From positions 899 to 64,898 of IMG/VR virus record IMGVR_UViG_3300046516_001034: DNA of 64,000 nt. One strand, given 5' to 3'. The notes beneath the pieces are model-generated. The model was not told the DNA's origin. It made no database searches and was given only the letters and a program-made list of their open reading frames with translations. Each line of letters begins with the position of its first letter. Positions within the stretch are counted from its first letter, which is position 1. Position numbers and translations under genes: made by a program. This DNA is from a virus (lineage: Duplodnaviria > Caudoviricetes). Shown here in pieces: positions 32,201-39,378 of the stretch.

Positions 32201-33220
32201 GACGCTTACCGCCATGCGTGGGATAACGTCGCTAAAACACAAGGGCAGTACACGTCGTTCCAGCGTATGGGTATGTTCCGCGACGCCCGCATGCAGACGG
32301 TGTTCCAATATAAGCAATACCCGATCTTGATGGCTAAGATGATTGCCAAGGCGATGTATAACTCATTCGCCCCCGGGGTAGAGTGGGAGACGCGCGCCCG
32401 CGCGCTTAGAACGTTTGGCTTGATGACCCTATCGGCAGGCACGATGTCGGGCGTGCAGGGCGGCACGGCATATCCGATCCGCTTGGCGGACGATCTGTTG
32501 CATGTACTAGGTATTACCGACGGGTGGGAAACCCACATGGACGAGTTGCGCCGCTCGCTGGCTAGCTCGATGGGGCCGGAGGGCGCGACTGCGTTGATGG
32601 ATGGATTGGGCGGGCTAGCAGGCATCTATGCCGGGCATCGTGGCGGCATCAGCGATCCGCTTGGGCTCAACTACATGCTGGAAACCGCCAAGAGCGATAC
32701 GGATTGGTACAAGTATTTGGCTGGCCCTCCCGGCGGCCTTGGGCATAATCTTATCACTGGTTTGGGCGCACTCCGGCAGGGCGATCCCGACACGGCGCTT
32801 AAGAACCTACTTCCTCGTGTCGCCACCGATCCGATCAAAGCTTACGAAGAATACAATCACGGCGTTTCCACCCAGCGTGGTGCGATCATCTCGCCCCCCG
32901 TCTCTGCGCCGGAGGCGGTGCTGAAAGCGCTAGGGCTTACCACCATCGAGGAGACGCATGCGCGTGAGGCGCGGGCGGCAGTAGGCCGGGAGCGCACTGA
33001 GCAGCAAACCGAGCGACAGAATATCACTAAGCTATGGCAATCGGGAGATCGCGCCGGGGCCATCGCTGCCGTGCATAAGTTCAACCTCGCTTACCCCAGC
33101 CAGCACATCACGGTGGCGAGCCTCAATAAACTAGCGACAAGACCCACGGTGCTTGGCTATCCCGAAACGCCTAAGAACCGCAGAGATTTGGAAGAGAGGG
33201 CGCACGCTTATGGTTTCTAG
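26246..33220 (+). CDS. Very large internal virion (ejectosome/polyvalent) protein
   Basis: 2324 aa; HEAFH zincin-like motif; YFPLKR (PLxRFG-like); helical C-terminus typical of podovirus ejection proteins. Confidence 0.7.
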   Translation: MPLVAYSSDDPGSSLPHDPTSLAEAPTTEFRGLVSYSSDDTPDVKHTPSTASQASGYVAAGGGETYGDWWQSAKAGMHGAGATAATLFGKTAETPEQATYWQKQAQGQREEVKQDIGDMTAAGQQGREGSFWSHPVQQTLEAAPGLVAMGAPAVVGGALAGPPGAFAGAMLGGGLYQGPSQVSDYTQQIMDAPEEQLQKNPDYASLIASGLSPQDARLKFADATSKGLFAKSAVIGALTAVPFAEMGGGSAAKILGDKLVTKVLMGGVEAAPAMAAQGAAQTQVTGQAGYEAGIRGPPTPEETAQGAWEGFKTGLQFGAGAALLHRGAQPGVSASPTRSSRESGKRAKEQATAVEEAAKAGAAAPPSGAREPDKIVDPDIAAAAKGEPIVTPGSNQQAEIVKQPPPVVQPAPPPAGRATEAPPAGDTTGGVSPPLPEPQPLPAGSDTAPYVHPTVPIGGPPEPIRQGDQRSRWVRPAVPEGLFEGPAPVLEKGMPGTEGQAPEVVAPEPPSVIAAQHQALLDPNDPREAMIYNKGQQPIELTDTSRFGQTRLGDGRVVQYDKQGPSALTPKKIGQYARSDRLNEILQLSPVSKDEAVRTAASVAGEEPALVTTTTDAGDKVKVGAATSASVPEAVAMQEATKGPGDTVKVENPVAPIAERFAKTRDENVAAQAAAVTPESKPLTIGEQVAARNAERAAQAQAAAQAQAAERATRLEALKRDMNQQLATPAKQPLEDLSPEGATMQAAQAAAQEQVRGVTPAEEAAKQGKHWTTGELTKKENANQAANEIMQAERNHPKPGEQPNDILARAKGIVAEAKGIHVPTEISEEGKHGPGMLLLREAKDLVAKDLPKQDKFPSMKDYGTFLMREGLIREGKLAEALEARRAEGKEASALGAPAEVKAEGVRPGQEPEEKAPEPETVAARLQREGAERKAKAYEAELDRRKAAKEAREAKEEAELAAQVAARTKAKSKEETPDGEEPMGPLIAGRHYMTGTAAFKVEKTRPKWKTQEASEDATVKEGKEEVLPGTGVEIGGITVHPSRSTDAETIVKEDYKREHYAFGTPQIMDKMRDLVVKIAGDTPVHFISDVEMRQLTGIKSYGAFSMDALDGKPVIIINRDLSAPDTAFHEAFHGATEIAISKNPGLENLMERLRVEANKSMEVAGLSKEDRKELRYYLGDRREFLTGMMTLPRMQELLKGIKISAELARDIGIPKWRKMTMWEGALAIIRDALGLGPRDTSAIEAAMSLSEQLIWRDPRGTGELLAATGRAAEKDMRARWRMQQAAEEKTPVDASRSRAKYSELADKITDGVKERIKDISPATHTVTEKMRAWIDTPRDWMERAKERGWRIASTAERIIDHMGELGADREKILKLSTPVMDRLGRLYNENGNEFGKLARLFVSSTIHGADARDDLGKGLNEHIKPNKKNIENSNLEHWDAIKGNPKDREDYKSMHPDTQALYNDTMDELKKMNLRVIEATRKSLGEKLMNEMGSSIPQERRDAVQKVIDRKELTDDERKEHGDDPNIRALQSYDAMAKRATLGAYFPLKRTEGTHYVGGKHEYELPQGVTRASNDENDPDYHRLVFNDRKAAYDFDPDLPTTPSIQHYIQDASGKREYVSADEATSTPGAKHGQEYHVLVNPRDVRFVNGNVEGARVKRQMEQEGMKDVSVQPRKNQEVWQYGVNSSHVTAIMKRLNKMDMTDAERAGLGDAIKHVAASSMPGSRLSRGFLHRDRTGGAGGDIIASLDMHRRTSAGLQAMAGHRNEIDASLEKMKQYVDDHPNHKDVGDMRQMVNMYDDRINNFQKDALSDINVNKNWNAIRAYTTLNDLVSPAFFLLHQLHIPLTVFPHLAAEHGIGLATRVTLGVYRDMLGSELPMAVKAMGRAAFKAWRYNHQPTDFIDALKNEGRLSGDERSMIDWGVAHDFAHSTGIDFSQAYVSQRGLDRFASKARNFSQEFIGSADAFNKVNSALMFYRAAIEKGMKGEDAYRHAWDNVAKTQGQYTSFQRMGMFRDARMQTVFQYKQYPILMAKMIAKAMYNSFAPGVEWETRARALRTFGLMTLSAGTMSGVQGGTAYPIRLADDLLHVLGITDGWETHMDELRRSLASSMGPEGATALMDGLGGLAGIYAGHRGGISDPLGLNYMLETAKSDTDWYKYLAGPPGGLGHNLITGLGALRQGDPDTALKNLLPRVATDPIKAYEEYNHGVSTQRGAIISPPVSAPEAVLKALGLTTIEETHAREARAAVGRERTEQQTERQNITKLWQSGDRAGAIAAVHKFNLAYPSQHITVASLNKLATRPTVLGYPETPKNRRDLEERAHAYGF

Positions 33221-33485
33221 TAACCCGCCGTCTAAGCGCAACTATAAGAAGGAAGCGCAGTTTGAAGACACACCCGTTAGAGTTAAGCAGCGTGAGGAAA
33301 GAAACACGGCGCGTCGGCAGGCCGAGGCTGCGGGAAAATCCGTTGCTGGGAAGGACGTTGCCCATATCAAACCTTTGGCCGGAGGCGGCAGCAACCTACG
33401 TAGCAACGAACGGGTTGAGAGCGCCGCGAAGAACCGAAGCTGGCGGCGAGGAATGACCGGATACAAAGTGCCGGTGGATAAGTAA
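33210..33485 (+). CDS. HNH endonuclease-like protein
   Basis: RNYKKE...RNTARR...GKDVAHIKPLAGGGSN..N.RV....NRS. Confidence 0.75.
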   Translation: MVSSNPPSKRNYKKEAQFEDTPVRVKQREERNTARRQAEAAGKSVAGKDVAHIKPLAGGGSNLRSNERVESAAKNRSWRRGMTGYKVPVDK

Positions 33486-33499
33486 CTCGGGAGAGTAAC

Positions 33500-33685
33500 A
33501 TGGCGAAGAACTGGATCGGCAAAGCCACCGACAAGATGGAGAAGAAGGGCACGGTAGGCTCCCTCCATAGAGCGCTTGGCGTGCCGGAAGGAAAGAAGAT
33601 ACCCACTGCCAAGCTGGCGTCAGCGAAGAAGAACCGTCCCGGGCTGGCGAAGAAAATCCAGTTCGCGGAGAACGTAAGGAAATAA
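33500..33685 (+). CDS. Small basic protein
   Basis: GSLHRALGVPEGKKIP; start abuts dispersed motif. Confidence 0.65.
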   Translation: MAKNWIGKATDKMEKKGTVGSLHRALGVPEGKKIPTAKLASAKKNRPGLAKKIQFAENVRK

Positions 33686-33689
33686 CGCC

Positions 33690-33857
33690 ATGCCAATAGG
33701 TCTTTTATTTTGGGTGTTGATGATCTTGTGGCTGCTGTCGTACATCGGCATATGGTGGGGGACCGACGCGCGCCTTGGCTACGTGAATAGCCTGCTGCTG
33801 TGGGTGGTGATCGCCTGCTTGGGGTGGGCGGTGTTCGGTGCGATGATTAAAGGATAA
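33690..33857 (+). CDS. Small two-TM membrane protein (55 aa; not in ORF track)
   Basis: Hand translation MPIGLLFWVLMILWLL...LGWAVFGAMIKG; AAGGA SD. Confidence 0.7.
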   Translation: MPIGLLFWVLMILWLLSYIGIWWGTDARLGYVNSLLLWVVIACLGWAVFGAMIKG

Positions 33858-33862
33858 TCGCC

Positions 33863-34024
33863 ATGTCCATAGGTTTGATCCTACTTATCATTGTTCTTTT
33901 GGTTATCTTTGGCGGCGGCGGGTACTACGCGCAGGGCGCTTACGGCCCTTACTATGGCGGCGGCATTGGGATTGTGGGGATCATTCTAATTTTGATTGTG
34001 CTGCGGCTGGTAGGAGTGATATGA
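33863..34024 (+). CDS. DUF3309-like small membrane protein (53 aa; not in ORF track)
   Basis: Hand translation MSIGLILLIIVLLVIFGGGGYY..YGPYYGGGIGIVGIILILIVLRLVGVI. Confidence 0.7.
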   Translation: MSIGLILLIIVLLVIFGGGGYYAQGAYGPYYGGGIGIVGIILILIVLRLVGVI

Positions 34025-34176
34025 TGAAGATGCATCAGGAGATGCAGCGGGAAGGAAAGAAAGCCGCTGGCAAGGCGCAAAGGCACCTCAACAAAGCGCT
34101 GGTGAAAAAGGAAGCGATCAAAGCTGGCAAGCCAACCTACCCCGGTGGACGGCGGCCCGGCGACAGGAAGAAGTAA
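34021..34176 (+). CDS. Small basic protein (51 aa)
   Basis: AGGAG SD, ATGA overlap. Confidence 0.45.
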   Translation: MMKMHQEMQREGKKAAGKAQRHLNKALVKKEAIKAGKPTYPGGRRPGDRKK

Positions 34177-34204
34177 AGCGTAAGCAGGTAACCCTAAAGG
34201 AGCA

Positions 34205-34756
34205 ATGGTTATGGTTGAGAAGAACACGACGCATCCGGCCCCGGGCAACGTGCCCGCTACGCCCCACAACCCCCCGGCGGCGCGATCCACCCGCCAGCGG
34301 CTGGAAGAAACCAACCGCGAGCGGATCGCAACTGCGCAGAACCGCGACGGGCTGCTGCGGGCGCGGGCGACTGGCGCGATGACCGAGGAGATGCGCGACA
34401 AGCTGCTGGCGCTGGGCGAGGACGTGACCCGCGCCAGCCCCGACCCGGCGCAGGTGCTGCCCGATCCCGAGCCCGGCCTCACCACCACGACCGGCGCGTA
34501 CCGCACGCCTATCGACCCCACGACCGCCGCAGTGCCTGCGCCGGAGAACTCCGAGATCGTGGAGCGCATGCGCGGCGCGCCCACCATCGGGAGCAGGGGC
34601 CACGGCCAGCCGGAGGAACTGTGGGCAGGACCGAAGGAACGCCCGCTGATCCAAAGCGAAGAAGAGCAGCAAAAGGCGCTTAATGAGCGCAATCAGGTCG
34701 CACGTGATGAGCGTGAGCGTGCTGACCACGAACGCGCCGAGCGGCCCGCACGCTAA
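34205..34756 (+). CDS. Hypothetical protein
   Basis: AAGGAG SD; followed by hairpin 34762-34782. Confidence 0.65.
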   Translation: MVMVEKNTTHPAPGNVPATPHNPPAARSTRQRLEETNRERIATAQNRDGLLRARATGAMTEEMRDKLLALGEDVTRASPDPAQVLPDPEPGLTTTTGAYRTPIDPTTAAVPAPENSEIVERMRGAPTIGSRGHGQPEELWAGPKERPLIQSEEEQQKALNERNQVARDERERADHERAERPAR

Positions 34757-34800
34757 CAAAGCAGGGGGCTAACTGCCCCCTGTTCCCTCTGGAGAGCAGC

Positions 34801-35061
34801 ATGCCGAAGATACTGGAGCGACTGGTAGGCCAGCTACAAGCAAAGGGCAAATCGAAGTCCAGCGCCTACGCCATTGCTACGTCAGCGCTCCAGAAGAGCG
34901 GCAATTTGAAGAAGGGTACGCAGGAGCCTACCTCTAAAGGAGTAGCAAGGGGAGCGATGACCCCCGAAAAACGCGCAGAAGACCGGCAAGCAAAGTACTC
35001 GGGTGGGAAACCAACCGATTACAAGTACAATGCTAAGAGCAACACGGCAACCAAAAAGTAG
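34801..35061 (+). CDS. Small basic phage protein (MPKILERLV..AYAIAT)
   Basis: GGAG SD; ORF track. Confidence 0.65.
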   Translation: MPKILERLVGQLQAKGKSKSSAYAIATSALQKSGNLKKGTQEPTSKGVARGAMTPEKRAEDRQAKYSGGKPTDYKYNAKSNTATKK

Positions 35062-35071
35062 GAGAACTCCA

Positions 35072-35488
35072 ATGGCAACCATTAGATTGAAGCCGGGTGA
35101 AACGGCTCTCGTAGTAGCTCAAGACCCCAGTCTTGTGATTGGCGGCGGACCAATGCCGGGGGGCGGCGATCAGCCGGTCGATCCGGGGTACGGGATTGAT
35201 CTGGGGCTTGGCATCTGGGGTCCAACCGACCCGCGACCGACCAACCCAATCGTGCTGCCGCCGCCAGTCCCTGTCGATCCGCCGCCGACAGAGCCGGTCG
35301 ATCCCGGCTATGGCATCGACGTGGATGCTGGCTATACGCGCCCCACGCATCCGATTGTATTGCCGCCCCCGGCACAGGGAAGGCCCCCGGGAAACTGGGA
35401 ACTGAAGGTCGCATGGACGCCCGTGACCGGGTGGGTTGTGGTCGCCATCCCGACCGGCGAGCATCCAACGCCGTCGAGGAGAAGGTAA
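35072..35488 (+). CDS. Pro-rich protein with duplicated PVDPGYGID..PTxPIVLPPP unit
   Basis: AGGAG SD before ATG 35072. Confidence 0.65.
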   Translation: MATIRLKPGETALVVAQDPSLVIGGGPMPGGGDQPVDPGYGIDLGLGIWGPTDPRPTNPIVLPPPVPVDPPPTEPVDPGYGIDVDAGYTRPTHPIVLPPPAQGRPPGNWELKVAWTPVTGWVVVAIPTGEHPTPSRRR

Positions 35489-35501
35489 CTCTCCAGAGTA
35501 A

Positions 35502-35529
35502 GCGGGGGGTGAAAGCCCCCCGTAATTTT
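35502..35529 (+). terminator. Rho-independent terminator
   Basis: GCGGGGGG-TGAAAG-CCCCCCGT then AATTTT. Confidence 0.55.
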
Positions 35530-35542
35530 ACTAGGTACTAAA

Positions 35543-35725
35543 ATGCATATCGAGGTTAAAGTCATCTATCCAGAAATGGAACGTGCGGAAGTATCCCGCT
35601 GGCTGCGCGATGTAGCGGATACGGTGGATAACTTCGGCACCGGGGACGATATTTATTCAGTGGTTGATTTATTGGATACGGGAGTTAAGCGCGAATTTAA
35701 GATCATGGAGAAAAAAGATGATTGA
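35543..35725 (+). CDS. Hypothetical protein
   Basis: ORF track; overlaps endolysin start. Confidence 0.5.
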   Translation: MHIEVKVIYPEMERAEVSRWLRDVADTVDNFGTGDDIYSVVDLLDTGVKREFKIMEKKDD

Positions 35726-36284
35726 CCGCAAAGCATTCTTTGAAAGTATCCGCGAGAACTTATTCGAGGGTGTTCTTAGCCAGCGCCAAGTCGATGGCAT
35801 GAATGCGGTCATGGATACGTGGGAGCAGTATCATTTCGACAAGGATATTCGCTGGCTGGCGTACTGCATGGCGACCGCGCACCACGAAACAGCCTATGTG
35901 TGGGACGCGATTGAAGAGTACGGCAAGGGATCGGGTAAAGAGTACGGCGCGCCTGCTGGCCCTTACGGCGAGTGTTATTACGGTAGGGGGTTCGTGCAGC
36001 TAACGTGGCTGGAAAATTATCAGAAGGGGGAGATTGTTCTCAAGGAGAACTACGACGTTGAGTGCCCGATGGTGCAGTACCCGCATAGGATGCTGGAACT
36101 GGAGCCTGCGGCATTGATACTTTTTGATGGGATGATTGGAGGTTGGTTCACGGGTGTGGGGCTGCCGATGTTTTTTAATGCGACGACCGAAGACCCATAC
36201 AACGCCCGCAAGATCGTCAACGGTTTGGATAAAGCCAGCACCATTCAAAACCACTACTACAAGTTCAAGGACGCACTCACATGA
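35718..36284 (+). CDS. Endolysin, glycoside hydrolase family 19-like
   Basis: LAYCMATAHHET, YYGRGFVQLTWLENY, ARKIVNGLD. Confidence 0.9.
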   Translation: MIDRKAFFESIRENLFEGVLSQRQVDGMNAVMDTWEQYHFDKDIRWLAYCMATAHHETAYVWDAIEEYGKGSGKEYGAPAGPYGECYYGRGFVQLTWLENYQKGEIVLKENYDVECPMVQYPHRMLELEPAALILFDGMIGGWFTGVGLPMFFNATTEDPYNARKIVNGLDKASTIQNHYYKFKDALT

Positions 36285-36469
36285 CCCTTAGCAGTGTCGC
36301 CACCACCACTGTTGACGCGCTCAAGCAGTCGCCCCTCCTGCTGGTGGTTATTATTCTTAATGCCGGGATGATTTGGGCGTTGTTATTTGTCGCCAGTTCG
36401 CAGCGTGACGAGCGGCAGATGCTAACTAAGATGTTGATCGAGAATTGCCAACCGAAATCACCCGGTTAA
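36281..36469 (+). CDS. Single-TM protein (possible holin or spanin component)
   Basis: Hydrophobic LLLVVIILNAGMIWALLFV directly after endolysin. Confidence 0.5.
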   Translation: MTLSSVATTTVDALKQSPLLLVVIILNAGMIWALLFVASSQRDERQMLTKMLIENCQPKSPG

Positions 36470-36898
36470 CTCTCAAGAGTTATCCAAGAAAAACATTCGC
36501 CCGGTGCCGACGATCACCAAGACCGATCCAAGCAGGAACGTCACCCAGTTAATCAAGGGGTAATCGGCGTAGCCAGTCGCCAAGCTGACGGCGAGCAGCA
36601 TGAGGCCGATGGCGACGAGCGCGCGGCTGATCACACCAACCACGCGATGACGATGACCATCAGGGCCATGCCGATGACGGCGACGATAGCCATTGTGATC
36701 GCCTCTCGCATGGGATACTTTGTTGGCGGGAAATCAAAGCCGTCGTCATCAGTCGGACGGCTCATCTTCGAGATCCATCTTAATGGACAACGCCAGCACG
36801 CCCACCAAAAGCACGAACACGAGAAGGGCAATGCCTCCGACCACCTCGAAATTGTAGATCATCAGGTCCGCGAACGCCTGCGTTTTCCCGTCAACCAT
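36466..36898 (-). CDS. Three tiny overlapping membrane-protein ORFs (36749-36898, 36631-36765, 36466-36634)
   Basis: Hand translation; each has 1-2 hydrophobic helices. Confidence 0.45.
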
Positions 36899-37080
36899 CC
36901 CCTCACCTCCAAAGATAAATCAAACCCGTCACGGCCATGGCGGACGCTACCCATGCCATGATCACGTAGAGAAGAACCCAACTGCCTTCGTAGGACATGC
37001 CCGTTTAGCACCCTGTTAACGTCCACCTGCTGAACGGAGCCGAAAACTCACGGACGATCAAAGCGGCGGGGGACCACCGC

Positions 37081-37878
37081 TCAGATTGCGAGACGCGCGC
37101 CGCGCTTCTTCCAGCCGACGAGGCTCATCAACGCGAAGCCAGCGCCCATCATCACCCATGTGCTAGGCTCCGGCGTGCCGGGGATCGATGTGGTGTTAAC
37201 GAACCCGGCGTTGGTCCACGACGTGTCGAACGCGGTGATATCTAATTTACCGTTGTTCTTGACTGAGATATCCACAGCCAAAGGCGCAATGATCGTGCCA
37301 ATGCTGAATGCGCCATTGACGGTCAGGAAATCGGCGTCGCTGTTGAATCCGCCGCCCGGCACGTTGAACGTCGCTTCTTCGATTTGAAACGTGGTTGGCA
37401 CGGTCAACCCAAGCAGGTCATACTCGGTCTTGATGTTGGCGAACGACACGCTGTTGTCGCCAAGCCCGACCTGATCGCCAAACTTCTGACCAGCGGCGAG
37501 GGTGATCACCGGGCCATCGAACAGGCCATTGGTCGAATCGAACGCCTGCGCGGTGAACACCGAGGTCGGGCCTAGGGTGAACGCTCCCAGCGGGCCGACG
37601 CCTGTCGCGCCAGTAATCGTCGGCAGAGCCGTGCCGAGAGGATCGATGAAAAAGATCCTGATCGGATCATTGATGCTGTGGTTGCCGACTTCAGTGATGG
37701 TGAACGTGTTGCTGTCGTTCAGCAGCACTGGATCAGAACCTGTCGCGGTTCCACTGGTGACATGGAACGCGGTCGGATCGCAGATCGTGTTGCCGCTGGC
37801 GTCGGTGGTGCAGGCGCTTTGGGCATAAGCGGGAAGAGCGAACGCAGAGATTACTCCCGCGAGTAAAAGCTTTCTCAT
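37081..37878 (-). CDS. PEP-CTERM (PEPxxWA-type) sorting-domain surface protein 1
   Basis: Signal peptide MRKLLLAGVISAFALPAYA; C-terminal TPEPSTWVMMGAGFALMSLVGWKKR. Confidence 0.9.
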   Translation of the reverse strand: MRKLLLAGVISAFALPAYAQSACTTDASGNTICDPTAFHVTSGTATGSDPVLLNDSNTFTITEVGNHSINDPIRIFFIDPLGTALPTITGATGVGPLGAFTLGPTSVFTAQAFDSTNGLFDGPVITLAAGQKFGDQVGLGDNSVSFANIKTEYDLLGLTVPTTFQIEEATFNVPGGGFNSDADFLTVNGAFSIGTIIAPLAVDISVKNNGKLDITAFDTSWTNAGFVNTTSIPGTPEPSTWVMMGAGFALMSLVGWKKRGARLAI

Positions 37879-37983
37879 TATTGTTTTTCCTTATTGTTGA
37901 AGCGGTCAGGGGAGGGGACGGGAGACAACTTGCGGTAGTCTTGCCCCTCCCCCTTCCTTCCGCCATCTTTGAGGGGGATATTC

Positions 37984-38682
37984 TCAGACAGCGAAACGCG
38001 GTGTGCGACGCTTACGCAAGCCCAACGCGCCCAAGAGCGCGAACCCGCCGCCCATCAGCACCCATGTGCTGGGTTCCGGCACCGCGCTGGCGTCCATCGA
38101 GACGTTCTGGACGCCGACGATAGCCCCCGGCTGAAGGGTGAGCGAGAGGCTCTCGGCCAGCCCATACGGCCCCGTCACAGGATCGAAGCCGCTGCCGTTG
38201 AACGAGAACGAATGTGGGCCAGTCAGGAGAGACGACAGGAAGTCGCCAATGTCTGTGCCGGTAGGAACGCCAGTCGCCGTGCCGTTGAGCGTGTTGCCGC
38301 CATCAGCGAAGAACGAACCGCCCAGCATCGCTGAACCACTATCGACGCCGATGGTGCCGGTCAGCAAGAAGTTCGCAGACGGCCCAAGGAAGCCGTTCGC
38401 GCCAGCAATAATGTCGAGCGTCTGCACCGTCCCCGTCGTGTTGGTGATCGTGATGTTGCCTTCGCTCAAGCTGTTGGGGTTGGTCCCCCTCGATGCGGCG
38501 CTCACCGAAACGGTGATGCCGTCGAGGTTGGAGCCGATGAGGGCCGCAGCATTGTTGCCGGTAGCCGCCTCGAACCCGCCGGGGTCCGCCGCGTTCCACA
38601 GGATGAGCGCCGTGTTCGCAGCGTACACAGGTGTAGCCCCCACTGCGCCGAGAAGCGCTGCGGTTAATAGCAATCTTTTCAT
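37984..38682 (-). CDS. PEP-CTERM (PEPxxWA-type) sorting-domain surface protein 2
   Basis: Signal peptide MKRLLLTAALLGAVGATPVYA; C-terminal VPEPSTWVLMGGGFALLGALGLRKRR. Confidence 0.9.
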   Translation of the reverse strand: MKRLLLTAALLGAVGATPVYAANTALILWNAADPGGFEAATGNNAAALIGSNLDGITVSVSAASRGTNPNSLSEGNITITNTTGTVQTLDIIAGANGFLGPSANFLLTGTIGVDSGSAMLGGSFFADGGNTLNGTATGVPTGTDIGDFLSSLLTGPHSFSFNGSGFDPVTGPYGLAESLSLTLQPGAIVGVQNVSMDASAVPEPSTWVLMGGGFALLGALGLRKRRTPRFAV

Positions 38683-38723
38683 GATGGTCCCCATATGAAC
38701 GGGGCAAGACGCCCCTGTTTTCC

Positions 38724-38752
38724 CCTATAACATACGTGTTAGGACTTGTCAA
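38724..38752 (-). promoter_or_regulatory. Sigma70-like promoter for PEP-CTERM genes
   Basis: TTGACA-AGTCCTAACACGTATGT(17)-TATAGG. Confidence 0.65.
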
Positions 38753-38830
38753 GAACTATTTTTCACGACGTTTTTGTTACTCTCAGGAGTAAATTTCCAA
38801 ATTCTCAAAAATATTTTTTTGGGTTAAAAA

Positions 38831-39157
38831 TCATTCCCCATGTGGCAGAAGGAGAATAGCTTTTTTGCGCTGTATTCCCTCATATAGCTCTAACTGCTCT
38901 TTTGTCTCTAATGGGATCGTCCATACCGCGCTTACTAGCGCAGGCAGCACGAAATCTACCCCAACACTCTTATCGCTACGATTAGGAGGAACAGGAGCAG
39001 GATCGCTATGCCTACTATATACGCGTATTCGTTCTTGATGCCGAACATATGAGCCCCCACAGTGTTGGGGAGTAGGGTAGCGCCACACACGAAAACAGTG
39101 CGCTGACGTTGGTTGCGACAGCAAAATAGCCCCTAGCGCAATGATAGTTGATTTCAC
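38831..39157 (-). CDS. Hypothetical exported protein (low GC)
   Basis: MKSTIIALGAILLSQPTSA signal-like N-terminus. Confidence 0.45.
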   Translation of the reverse strand: MKSTIIALGAILLSQPTSAHCFRVWRYPTPQHCGGSYVRHQERIRVYSRHSDPAPVPPNRSDKSVGVDFVLPALVSAVWTIPLETKEQLELYEGIQRKKAILLLPHGE

Positions 39158-39378
39158 CTCAATCGCTCCAATAACCTCACCCGCTCTTCCATGAGCTTTT
39201 CAGTGATCTCGGTGGCGGTGCTATGAGCCTTCGCCAACCCCTCAAGGTCTTCACGCGCATCCTCCAGCGCTTCGCCCCGTTCGCGCCACGAGGCGATGAG
39301 AGCGCGGATATCCATAATACTCAAAAAGCCTACCAGTTCAAATCGCGCTACGATCTCCTCAACGCTCGGCTCAGTCAT
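39154..39378 (-). CDS. Hypothetical coiled-coil protein
   Basis: Start MTEPSVEE overlapping primase stop. Confidence 0.5.
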   Translation of the reverse strand: MTEPSVEEIVARFELVGFLSIMDIRALIASWRERGEALEDAREDLEGLAKAHSTATEITEKLMEERVRLLERLR

